Assembly (NCBI GenBank): GCA_048938855.1
Contig: JBHLLT010000028.1
Location: 7,180 to 37,281 of the forward strand
DNA: 30,102 nucleotides
Source: Promethearchaeota archaeon
GTDB taxonomy: Archaea > Asgardarchaeota > Lokiarchaeia > Sigyniarchaeales > SOKP01
Reading direction: 5' to 3'
Positions 9,271 to 17,777 of this stretch are shown here, piece after piece; position 1 is the first letter of the stretch, and every line of letters starts with the position of its first letter. The notes beneath the pieces are model-generated. The model made no database searches and was not told the DNA's origin. It saw only the letters and a program-made list of their open reading frames with translations. The translations under genes were made by a program, and so were the position numbers.

Positions 9271-10797
9271 TTACTTTTTCTTTTTTGCCATTGCTTTTCT
9301 AAACTTTTCAAGCATCTTTCTGGGTGTAACAGTAGGTCTTTCATATCTTTTTAAGTTTGATTTTATCCCAAAAAGATACTTTGAAATATCTTTCAATTTT
9401 TCCGTATCATATCTCATCATCATTGTTATCGTTTCCATTTGAGGACTACCGCCTCCATGGACTCCAGCGACTTGCATTAAACCTGCTAAATCAGAAACCA
9501 ATAAAGCTTCTATCCCTCTAAAGCAGCGATATATATATTCAGGCTTAACTCTTGGATTTCTTTTTAAGTACTTCATTGCAAGATCCCCTACTTCTTCAGA
9601 AAAGAACGAATCTTCAAAAGGTAGGGTAGCAACTAATCCTCCAGATAAATCTGCCAGAATTTTGTATTCTTCATATATATTTTCACCTGCTAATCTTCTA
9701 CCTGCGTTTGTAAGTATTTCATCCGGAATTTGCGTACCAGATGGAGATTTCTCTGAATGTCTTGCGCTTGACTCTCCAGCTGCAAAAACAAGTTCGGCAA
9801 TTCCTATTATGTGGGATAATTTATCTTGAACATGTGAAGCTTTTTCAATTCCATTATATTCTGCCACTAAAGCCGCTGCAGAAGCTAAAACTTCTGACAT
9901 AGCAGGCTTACATCCCGTATATGTATGACGATGATAATGAGCAAACATGAGAGCTAAAAAGCCAGCATAGGGTGTTTGTCGAGGGTCAGCATGACCATTC
10001 ATAAAAATCCGTTCATTTGGAACGAAAACATTGTCAAAAATAATAAAAGTTTCTGCGTCACCCATATGTAATGTAGGTACGTCAGCATGTTTACTTTTTC
10101 TTTGATAAGCAGGTCTTGTGAGTAGTTTAACACCCTCCCAATCTCCCGGTAACGCAAATGCTACAGCATAATCTTTGTCTTCTGGACCCATATACCTACA
10201 TGGAACAACAATAAACTCATCAGCATAAGGTGTGTTTGTAATATTAATTTTACACCCTCTGACGATAATGCCGTCTTCTCTTGTTTCAATAACTCGTAAG
10301 TATTGATCGAGGTCCTCTTGTTCATGTGGTCTTTTTAAACGGTCCCCCTTAGCATCTGTCTGCGCACAGCTTGCTACGATATCCCGATCTTGAAAATATT
10401 CTAAGTATTTTAAGAATCTTTTATAATAATCTGTTCCAAGAGCTTGATCCATCTCATAAGTTATGATGGATAAAGCATTCATCGCATCTATTCCCATACA
10501 TCGTTGTATACAGCCTCCAACTCGATGACATAAAAGACGTGTCATTTTTTGCTTTTTTAATAAATCATCTTCACTCTGGTGAATGTGACAAAATCGGTTT
10601 ATTTTTTTACCAGTTAAGTGGGAAGTTGTAGTACATAAATCTTCATATTCAGGGTCGTGTGCTCTATCAAAAGTTTCCCTAACAATATTCATCCCACCTT
10701 GAATACGTGGGTCGTCTCTACCTACTCTTTCCTCACCGATATATATATTCGGCTTCATTTTTTTTAAATCTTCAACATATTGTTCAAATGTGCGAAT
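9271..10797 (-). CDS. 4-hydroxybutyryl-CoA dehydratase / 4-hydroxyphenylacetate 3-hydroxylase (AbfD/HpaB) family FAD/[4Fe-4S] enzyme with a probable non-AUG start
   Basis: Cluster-ligand motifs GGCIQRC and YHRHTYTGCK, plus QTDAKGDR, FDNVFVP and HGGGSPQ. A family-typical N-terminus (IRTFEQYVEDLKKMKPNIY) continues in frame upstream of 10758. Confidence 0.88.
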   Translation of the reverse strand: MRTFEQYVEDLKKMKPNIYIGEERVGRDDPRIQGGMNIVRETFDRAHDPEYEDLCTTTSHLTGKKINRFCHIHQSEDDLLKKQKMTRLLCHRVGGCIQRCMGIDAMNALSIITYEMDQALGTDYYKRFLKYLEYFQDRDIVASCAQTDAKGDRLKRPHEQEDLDQYLRVIETREDGIIVRGCKINITNTPYADEFIVVPCRYMGPEDKDYAVAFALPGDWEGVKLLTRPAYQRKSKHADVPTLHMGDAETFIIFDNVFVPNERIFMNGHADPRQTPYAGFLALMFAHYHRHTYTGCKPAMSEVLASAAALVAEYNGIEKASHVQDKLSHIIGIAELVFAAGESSARHSEKSPSGTQIPDEILTNAGRRLAGENIYEEYKILADLSGGLVATLPFEDSFFSEEVGDLAMKYLKRNPRVKPEYIYRCFRGIEALLVSDLAGLMQVAGVHGGGSPQMETITMMMRYDTEKLKDISKYLFGIKSNLKRYERPTVTPRKMLEKFRKAMAKKKK

Positions 10798-10923
10798 TTT
10801 TATTCACTCTTTATATTATTTAATTTAGTTAAAATTAACACATTATAGTAAATCGAAAATATGTTATAAACTCAATGTTTAAAATAAAAAAGTTCTTGTT
10901 TAAGTTTGGAATAGAAAATTGTG

Positions 10924-12969
10924 TTAACTCATCAATTTCTGTATTTTTTTAATAAAAATGTCGTTTATTAACAATTCTATTGAAGGATGGTCTTTTAATT
11001 CAACCACTCGATTAGTATTATAATAGATATTTATTATTTCCCAAATTTTATTAGAAGATTTTATAGACTCAACGAATTTTGTCAATTTCTGGTTAGCAAA
11101 ATATGTCTGTCCCTTAAATAAATAACAGACTGAAAAAGGAGTAACTGATTGCATTAGGATTGTATAATCACCAAATTTAGCACGATCAAGCCTTTTTGCA
11201 AAAAGTTCTCCACTAAAAGAATCAAATGCGCTAAGAAATCCACTTATTAAATCTTCTTCAAAATCCCATTCTTTTGTAAAAGAATTTGAAAATAAAGGAA
11301 ATCCTCCTTCTCCGATAATAAGAAGTAACACAGGTATTTCTTGAGATGGCTCAGTAGGTTTTACGACACGCTTTCCTTGCATCCGATCTATAACTCCATC
11401 TACAGATGCTAGCTTTATGCGTTCTGACATTGGAATTTTTTCCTTTTCAAGATTTTTCCAGAAATTTAATTGATCTAACAAATTATCATGCTCATTTGAA
11501 ATCTTAATAGATAATAAGTTGAGACCATGGAGTTCAGCAATTTGTTGAGCTTGTGTTAACAATTCTTCTGCATCTTTGATTTTAGCTTGTATCAATGCCA
11601 ATTTGCCTTGTAGCAATTTAATTTCTGCTAACCATAAATATGCATTTTGCTTCTCAGCAATCTTAGATATACGTGATATTAATGGATTTAATTCTTCCAA
11701 AACTTCTGAATTATTTGTCATCTCTAATTCCTCTAAGAAAATTTCACTTAAACTAACCAATGCTGAGAGATATAAATGAGGAGTAGCGATTTTATCTTCA
11801 GTAATTTGTTTTAATAATAATTCTGCTTCAGTTCGATTACGGATTCGACCACTACTTTTCAATACTAATGCTTTTGCAACCATATACACTTGATCAAAAA
11901 CTTTACTATTACTTTGATTGGTAAAATGTTCTAATTTTACTAGATTTAATTCTGCTTGTTCTTGTGATTTGTTATCGAGATTGGTAAGAATCAAATAAAA
12001 GAGTGAAGAGCTTACTCCATAGGGAGAATTATACTTTTCCGCAGTTTCCATACTAAGTTGTAAGTATTTTAATGCTTCATCAATTTCTCCTTTCATTCTA
12101 TAGGTTGAGCCAATACTCATGGTACTTTCAATGAAATCTTCCATATATCCTTCTTTTTTAGCAAGTTTAGCTGCTTTATTATAATACTTTAAAGATCTGT
12201 CTACTTCACCTTTTTGTTTATAAATAGCACCTAAAAGATGATATATTCGAAGTTTTATAGCAATGCTAATTTCTTGATTATTAACAAAACCTTTTACTAT
12301 CCTTAATGATTGATCAAAATCTCCCTTCTGAAAATGAATAAGCCCTATTAAATAAAGGCTTGATACAATTCCAATTTGATTACCTAATTCTTCTCGTATA
12401 CTTAAACTCTTATTTGCATAATCTAAAGCTTTATTTAGCTCACCTTTATAAATATACATATCTGCTACTTCGTAATATAGAAAAGCAAGATCAAGTGCTT
12501 TTTTTTGGCTTTCATGTAGTTCTAACCATTGAAATGCCAATTCCAATGCTTTATTATGCTCAGTTTTATAGTGATAGGCAAATGATTTAATAAGTAAGCA
12601 ATCAGCTTTTTGATTTTCATCATAAGAATCGATTAATAATCGTTCCGCCTCTGAAATATATTGTAAAGCATTTTCTGCTTTTCCAAGAAATAAAACATAT
12701 GCTTTTATGATTAAAGCATCAATTGTTTTTGAGGAAATACCTATTTTTGTACTTAATAGGTATGCTCTTTCTCCTAATTCTACTGCTTCTTTATATTTTT
12801 GTTGATAAGAATACAATTTCCCTTTTAATATTAGAAGTTCTACATGTTCATTTGTATTTTCATCTATTTTTTTTTCTAAAATTGTAATTAATTGAAATGC
12901 TTCATTAAATTTCGCTTGATTTATTAATTGTTCCACATTATTGAATTCTTTGTCCATTAAGTCTGACAA
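10924..12969 (-). CDS. TPR-repeat protein with C-terminal longin-like domain
   Basis: Multiple TPR units (e.g. YIYKGELNKALDYANKSLSIREELG). The C-terminal VLLLIIGEGGFPLF...LISGFLSAFDSFSGE...LDRAKFGDYTIL matches a longin-type beta-beta-alpha-beta-beta-beta-alpha pattern. Paralog of the genes at 26267 and 28280. Confidence 0.8.
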   Translation of the reverse strand: MSDLMDKEFNNVEQLINQAKFNEAFQLITILEKKIDENTNEHVELLILKGKLYSYQQKYKEAVELGERAYLLSTKIGISSKTIDALIIKAYVLFLGKAENALQYISEAERLLIDSYDENQKADCLLIKSFAYHYKTEHNKALELAFQWLELHESQKKALDLAFLYYEVADMYIYKGELNKALDYANKSLSIREELGNQIGIVSSLYLIGLIHFQKGDFDQSLRIVKGFVNNQEISIAIKLRIYHLLGAIYKQKGEVDRSLKYYNKAAKLAKKEGYMEDFIESTMSIGSTYRMKGEIDEALKYLQLSMETAEKYNSPYGVSSSLFYLILTNLDNKSQEQAELNLVKLEHFTNQSNSKVFDQVYMVAKALVLKSSGRIRNRTEAELLLKQITEDKIATPHLYLSALVSLSEIFLEELEMTNNSEVLEELNPLISRISKIAEKQNAYLWLAEIKLLQGKLALIQAKIKDAEELLTQAQQIAELHGLNLLSIKISNEHDNLLDQLNFWKNLEKEKIPMSERIKLASVDGVIDRMQGKRVVKPTEPSQEIPVLLLIIGEGGFPLFSNSFTKEWDFEEDLISGFLSAFDSFSGELFAKRLDRAKFGDYTILMQSVTPFSVCYLFKGQTYFANQKLTKFVESIKSSNKIWEIINIYYNTNRVVELKDHPSIELLINDIFIKKIQKLMS

Positions 12970-13098
12970 AAACCTATTTCCCCTTTTAATGAAATATGCG
13001 TAATTGATTTACTTGAAGGAATCTTAATGAAAAAGAAGAAGAAAATTTTGCTTAAAAGACTTTGTAATAGTTTTTTTTTAAAATAAGATTTTTCTACT

Positions 13099-15336
13099 TT
13101 AGAATTCAAGAAGATTAATTGGCCTAAAAAGAAGTTTATTCACTAGACTAAAATCATCAAGAATTTCAGCAGGTCTAATTGTAGAAAAGTTTTGTTTGGA
13201 CTCACAATACTCTTTAGATGATAAGGGATATGGGAATAAGCATTTAATACATGTTTTGTTTTCATTACATTTGATACAACTTCTTTTTTGCATTTTTAGT
13301 GTTTGCGACTGATTAATGTTTTTTACAATTTCCTGAAAGGAATTGCCAATTTTTCCTATAGGCTTGGAATACCAACAAATTCGAATTGAATCATCATTTT
13401 CTATAATTGCTGTTTCTAAAGTCCGGCAATTTGCTTGATTTTGTGTCCATCTACATAAATGTTGAAAGTGAGGCAATGGTTTACTATCAAATAAGGTTTC
13501 GAGTATATCTTCATTTTTTGAAAGCTCTATTAAGTAATTGTAAAGGGTTTTAGTGTCTATTGTTTCATAATCTACACTAATTAAATATGGTAGATCGCTT
13601 AAACCTGTGCTATATTCCTCCATTATTCTATAAGTGTTTTTTAATTTTATAGGAAAACCAATTAGATCGCCAAAAAGGTCTGCTCTCACAGATTTTAAAG
13701 CAGGAATACCAGCAATACTTTCACGATAGTACGATTCATAAAAAGACGTAGGAGAAAATTCATTATTAAGAATCCTTCTATTTTTTTCATATAATTTTTT
13801 ATATTGCAATTTATTTGAATAAATTTGTATTATTGGGCCATTTATAGCAAGATTTTCTTGTAGCCATTTCACAAGAGACGACTTCATGTAATCAGAATTG
13901 ATTATTGCATTATCAAAAAAAGGTTTAGGTTTTGAACGTTTTGTATTTAAAGATAATATTTTAATAATATCAAAATCAATTACCCTATTATGTTTTATAG
14001 CAGCACATTTTAGAGATAATTTTATTTTATAAACATCAAAGGGAAAATCGTTTTCAGTAAGAACATTATTTTTTCCTCCCATTGGTTTAATATTATAACC
14101 GCATTTCTTATGGTTCTGATAAATAGGTGTGCCCTTGTAGATATGGAATATATTATGAGTATAAAAATCAATATCTAATTGATTTATTAATTCGATGGTC
14201 TTTTGAGCATTCTTTATTGATTCACCAGGTAATCCAATCATAATACTCGCATATACTTTATCAATTCCTATTTTTTTAGCATAAGATGTCATGTGCTTTA
14301 ATTTTTCAATATATTGAATCTCCTTTCCAAAATCTTCAGAATTAATGTCTCCTGGAGGCCTTACCTTCCCTATTGTATTTAAAACTCTGGGTACTGCACT
14401 TTCAAGAGAAAATCCTATTGAAACAAACCCGGCTTGTTTCATCAGATCTAATAGTTCTTCGTTAACTTTATCGCATCGAGTAGTACAGAGTAAAGGGATT
14501 TTTATATCATTCTCAATTATGGCTTCACAAATTATTTTAGCTCTTTTAGGGAGAATCGTAAAGCTATCATCAACAATAGGGACTGCCCCAGTAAATTTTT
14601 TATATTGGTTAATGAGATTTAATTCGTCAATTACTCGATCTATTGAATGGAAAAAAACATTTTTCTTACTCATAACAGCACAATTACAATAAATGCAATT
14701 TTGATTACAACCTCTACCTGTTATTATACCTATTGGAAATGCCCTTGAGATAGGTATAACTCCTGAAAGATACGGAGAAGGATATTTGTCAATATAATTT
14801 TTAATTGATAGATTTGAGAGAAATATATTACTTTCAGGATTAGTTTGAATATTATTTTTTTTTCTAAATGTAATCCCTTTTATCTTAGAAAAATCCACTT
14901 GATTCAAATTAAAATCATTATTCGCTAAATTATTTAACAATTCCAGAACAATTTCTTCACCTTCACGTCTTACACAGACGTCAACACTTCTGATCATTTC
15001 CATAATTTCTTTAGGCTGTACACTAGGTGTAGGACCTCCAAAGATAATTATGACGTCAGAATTGGACCCTTTTATACCTTTACTAATTAGTGCACACTGC
15101 ATAAAATTTGTATCATAAACTGTAAATCCAATTACTTTAGGTTTATATTCCATCAATTTCTTTACGCATTCGGTTACATTACAAGAGTCCTCAGAAATAA
15201 ATTGTTCAACTTCAAATCCATGTTTCTTTAAATAGGCAATAATGTATGCTGAACCTAGATGATGTCTAAAATTAGTAAAGTATAAATCTCCACCAGAAGG
15301 AAATACCATCAAGAGATCAATAGGTTTTTTATTCAA
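13099..15336 (-). CDS. Cobalamin-binding radical SAM enzyme with C-terminal SPASM-like Cys-rich domain
   Basis: B12-binding N-terminus (HLGSAYIIAYLK, VIGFTV, IIFGGPTP, VRREGE) and radical SAM motif GRGCNQNCIYC, followed by DDSFT, FSLES and IMIGLPGE. The C-terminus reads C...C...IRICWYSKPIGKIG...CIKCNENKTCIKC...YC. TTG start. Confidence 0.9.
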   Translation of the reverse strand: MNKKPIDLLMVFPSGGDLYFTNFRHHLGSAYIIAYLKKHGFEVEQFISEDSCNVTECVKKLMEYKPKVIGFTVYDTNFMQCALISKGIKGSNSDVIIIFGGPTPSVQPKEIMEMIRSVDVCVRREGEEIVLELLNNLANNDFNLNQVDFSKIKGITFRKKNNIQTNPESNIFLSNLSIKNYIDKYPSPYLSGVIPISRAFPIGIITGRGCNQNCIYCNCAVMSKKNVFFHSIDRVIDELNLINQYKKFTGAVPIVDDSFTILPKRAKIICEAIIENDIKIPLLCTTRCDKVNEELLDLMKQAGFVSIGFSLESAVPRVLNTIGKVRPPGDINSEDFGKEIQYIEKLKHMTSYAKKIGIDKVYASIMIGLPGESIKNAQKTIELINQLDIDFYTHNIFHIYKGTPIYQNHKKCGYNIKPMGGKNNVLTENDFPFDVYKIKLSLKCAAIKHNRVIDFDIIKILSLNTKRSKPKPFFDNAIINSDYMKSSLVKWLQENLAINGPIIQIYSNKLQYKKLYEKNRRILNNEFSPTSFYESYYRESIAGIPALKSVRADLFGDLIGFPIKLKNTYRIMEEYSTGLSDLPYLISVDYETIDTKTLYNYLIELSKNEDILETLFDSKPLPHFQHLCRWTQNQANCRTLETAIIENDDSIRICWYSKPIGKIGNSFQEIVKNINQSQTLKMQKRSCIKCNENKTCIKCLFPYPLSSKEYCESKQNFSTIRPAEILDDFSLVNKLLFRPINLLEF

Positions 15337-15450
15337 CTATGTTCATCCTTCTTTAGAATAATGTTTTAACAATTTTTTTTTGGATACTTTAAAATTAAAA
15401 ACAAAATAAAGAATTAATAAAATCTTGTTAATTATTGAGACAAACCTAAC

Positions 15451-15720
15451 TTAGCGCCCTATAGTTTCATAGTTATCCATGACGTCCATAATAACAACTA
15501 AATTCTTTTTGTCAATTTTCTTATCGGTAATTTCTTTTTTAAATACTTCTTCAAGATGGCGCATAATAGCTTCTTTTTCCATTTCTTTTGCCATTGAATC
15601 TTTAATGACACGGATTATCTTCTTTCCTATAGTCTTACCATATGTAGACTTAATAAGTTTTGCTGGAGATTCTTTTAAATTTAGATTCCATTTTCTACTT
15701 TTCTGCTCATTTTCAGACAT
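15451..15720 (-). CDS. Small helical protein A (89 aa), candidate precursor/substrate ending MDVMDNYETIGR
   Basis: ATG at 15720 with a GTGA SD 5 nt upstream. Gapless paralog of 15922..16170. Confidence 0.85.
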   Translation of the reverse strand: MSENEQKSRKWNLNLKESPAKLIKSTYGKTIGKKIIRVIKDSMAKEMEKEAIMRHLEEVFKKEITDKKIDKKNLVVIMDVMDNYETIGR

Positions 15721-15739
15721 TTTAATCACTTTAAACTTT

Positions 15740-15830
15740 TTGAATTTCGCAATTAAATTACTAAATCTAATTAATAAATTTAATACAATATAGTATTTTC
15801 ATAAGTATAAAAATATTATATTTTTTTGTT
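15740..15830 (-). promoter_or_regulatory. Promoter/5'UTR of small protein A (duplicated copy 1)
   Basis: Minus-strand A-rich BRE-like tract, TTTTTATA box, ATGAAAATACTATA and AATTGCGAAATTCAA. All are shared with 16188..16283. Confidence 0.7.
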
Positions 15831-15908
15831 AAATTTCATTTAACTCGGTTTTCGATTTTGAAAATTTAAAAAAATTAATTGATCCAACTAAATTATTTAT
15901 TCAAACTT

Positions 15909-15920
15909 AAAAAAAAAAAA
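15909..15920 (-). terminator. Oligo-T terminator after small protein B
   Basis: Run of about 12 T on the minus strand immediately after the stop at 15922. Confidence 0.6.
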
Positions 15921-15921
15921 T

Positions 15922-16170
15922 TTAGCTACCAATAGTTTCATAATTACTCATAAGATCCATCATCTTTGTTATATCGGAGAGTGTTATCTCTTCTGCTGCT
16001 ATTTCTTGTTCAAGACATCTAGCTAAACATTCCTCAACTTGACTTTGATCTTTATCCTCTTTCATGCAATCTTTAAAGCAATTTAAAATTTTATTTCCTA
16101 GCTCTTCCCCCCAATTATCAATAATAAGATCTTTAGTAGATTTTTCCAAATCTTTTTTCCATCCCACCAT
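15922..16170 (-). CDS. Small helical protein B (82 aa), candidate precursor/substrate ending MDLMSNYETIGS
   Basis: Paralog of 15451..15720, with two CxxxC pairs (CFKDC, CLARC). Confidence 0.85.
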   Translation of the reverse strand: MVGWKKDLEKSTKDLIIDNWGEELGNKILNCFKDCMKEDKDQSQVEECLARCLEQEIAAEEITLSDITKMMDLMSNYETIGS

Positions 16171-16187
16171 TCATCACATCTAAATTC

Positions 16188-16283
16188 TTGAATTTCGCAA
16201 TTTAATTATTATACAATTTTAATATTTCTAAATCTATCACACTATAGTATTTTCATTTGTATAAAAATATTTTATTTTTTTGT
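16188..16283 (-). promoter_or_regulatory. Promoter/5'UTR of small protein B (duplicated copy 2)
   Basis: Plus-strand blocks ttgaatttcgcaatt (16188-16202), tatagtattttcat (16243-16256) and gtataaaaatatt (16259-16271) are identical to blocks at 15740, 15789 and 15805. Confidence 0.7.
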
Positions 16284-16392
16284 CAATTATGTGAAAAAAA
16301 AATTTTATTCAATTTTCATAATATACTTGTTTGGCTCGATTTTTAAAAAAAAAAAGTATTATAAATTATCCGAACTCTATAAATCCCATGAA

Positions 16393-16647
16393 TTAGTAAA
16401 TTGCTCGATTTCTGACATTAATCCTATTCTTTATGTCTTCAATTCGTTTTGCTTCTTTAAGATAATTAGCGTTGTATTTAGCTTTATTTAAAAGTTTTCT
16501 TAAAGCTTTTTTTTGTGGTTTCTCCCGTTTGCTAACTGCTATTTCCTCATGCTTCTCCTCTTCCATAGGGAGTTCTTCAATAATTATAATCTCTTCCAAA
16601 ACAACACTATATTTAAGTTCATTATTCTTATCTAACACTTGTATCAT
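16393..16647 (-). CDS. Hypothetical protein (84 aa; acidic N-half, basic C-half)
   Basis: Strong SD GAGGTGA 7 nt before the ATG, and a T-tract downstream at about 16345-16355. Confidence 0.65.
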   Translation of the reverse strand: MIQVLDKNNELKYSVVLEEIIIIEELPMEEEKHEEIAVSKREKPQKKALRKLLNKAKYNANYLKEAKRIEDIKNRINVRNRAIY

Positions 16648-16752
16648 TATACTTTCACCTCTAATTTATTATTTTAAATTTCTAATTCCAAACCTAAATT
16701 TCTCAGGATTATAGCAATAATAACCAAAAGATTGTTTGCATCTATTTACTGC

Positions 16753-16935
16753 TCATTTCTTTTCTATTAAATCTACCTCATCATTGGTAGAATTATTTTT
16801 TCTGCTGATTACTTCAATTTTCTTAAATGGAATAAAAAAGCTGACGCATTTTGATTCTTCCTGAGGATTTTCTTTATGAAAAATGTAAAAAAATTCCTTA
16901 AAATCGGAAACTGTTTTTTGCTTAATTTCAGTCAG
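16753..16935 (-). CDS. Hypothetical 60-aa protein with putative CTG start
   Basis: Absent from the track. SD GAGGTG is followed by CTG-ACT-GAA-ATT..., giving (M)TEIKQKTVSDFKEFFYIFHKENPQEESKCVSFFIPFKKIEV...LIEKK* in the same orientation as its neighbours. Confidence 0.4.
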   Translation of the reverse strand: MTEIKQKTVSDFKEFFYIFHKENPQEESKCVSFFIPFKKIEVISRKNNSTNDEVDLIEKK

Positions 16936-17164
16936 ATTTTACCACCTCTTTTAATATGCTTTTTCTTACCTTGGACTTCAATTATAAATAGATTAACTTT
17001 ATATTTTTAGTTTACTGTACTGAACTTTAGGTGGAATCTTAGACAAATATTGGACAATCCAAAATTAACTTAAATGAAATTAATTTGCGTATTAAAAGTC
17101 CTGAAATCAAAAAATTTATGAGTTTAAGCTTTTTTATAGAAAAAAATCCAAAACATGGTTTACT

Positions 17165-17737
17165 CTAAGAATCACCTAGTTCCATATCAGAAGATAATGC
17201 TTTGAATTTTTCATATAATTCATTTATAATTGCGTTAAAAGCCTCAACGACGCCTTGGCCTGTTTTAGCAGAAGTTATATAATATCCTAAAAATTTATGC
17301 TCTGATACTATTTTTTTAATAGGTGAATTATCTAAATTCTTTTCATCAATTAGATCAACTTTATTAGCAAATAATACGACAGGAATTTCGCCACAAAATT
17401 GTATAATATCACTATACCAATTTGATATATGTTTGAAGCTTTCTTCACCAAGATCATTCTTTTCAAGACTGTATACTATTATAGCCGCTCTACTATTTTT
17501 AAAAAAGGATGGTCGCAAAAAATTGAAATCATCTTGGCCTGCAATATCCCAAAATAATAATTTAATATTATCCTCATTTATATCTTTGAGGAATACAGAA
17601 AATTGAGCCCCAATTGTTTTAATATAGTCTTCGTGAAATCCCCCTTGAGTGTATTTTTTTATGAGAGAAGTTTTTCCGACTCTTCCATCTCCAACTACAG
17701 TAATTTTAAAATTAAATTTTGCCCCTGTACTACTCAT
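17165..17737 (-). CDS. Rab-like small GTPase (paralog of 25330..25875)
   Basis: Motifs GDGRVGKT, TIGAQF, WDIAGQD, NKVD and TSAK. Confidence 0.93.
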   Translation of the reverse strand: MSSTGAKFNFKITVVGDGRVGKTSLIKKYTQGGFHEDYIKTIGAQFSVFLKDINEDNIKLLFWDIAGQDDFNFLRPSFFKNSRAAIIVYSLEKNDLGEESFKHISNWYSDIIQFCGEIPVVLFANKVDLIDEKNLDNSPIKKIVSEHKFLGYYITSAKTGQGVVEAFNAIINELYEKFKALSSDMELGDS

Positions 17738-17777
17738 GAGAATGCCTTAACAAATGGTATTAGAGAATATTAATTAA

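Noticed and set aside
15479-16714. Plus-strand ORFs 15479-15793, 16291-16491 and 16472-16714
   Set aside because: F/S/I-rich antisense shadows. The minus-strand ORFs are the ones with SD sites, promoters and paralogy.
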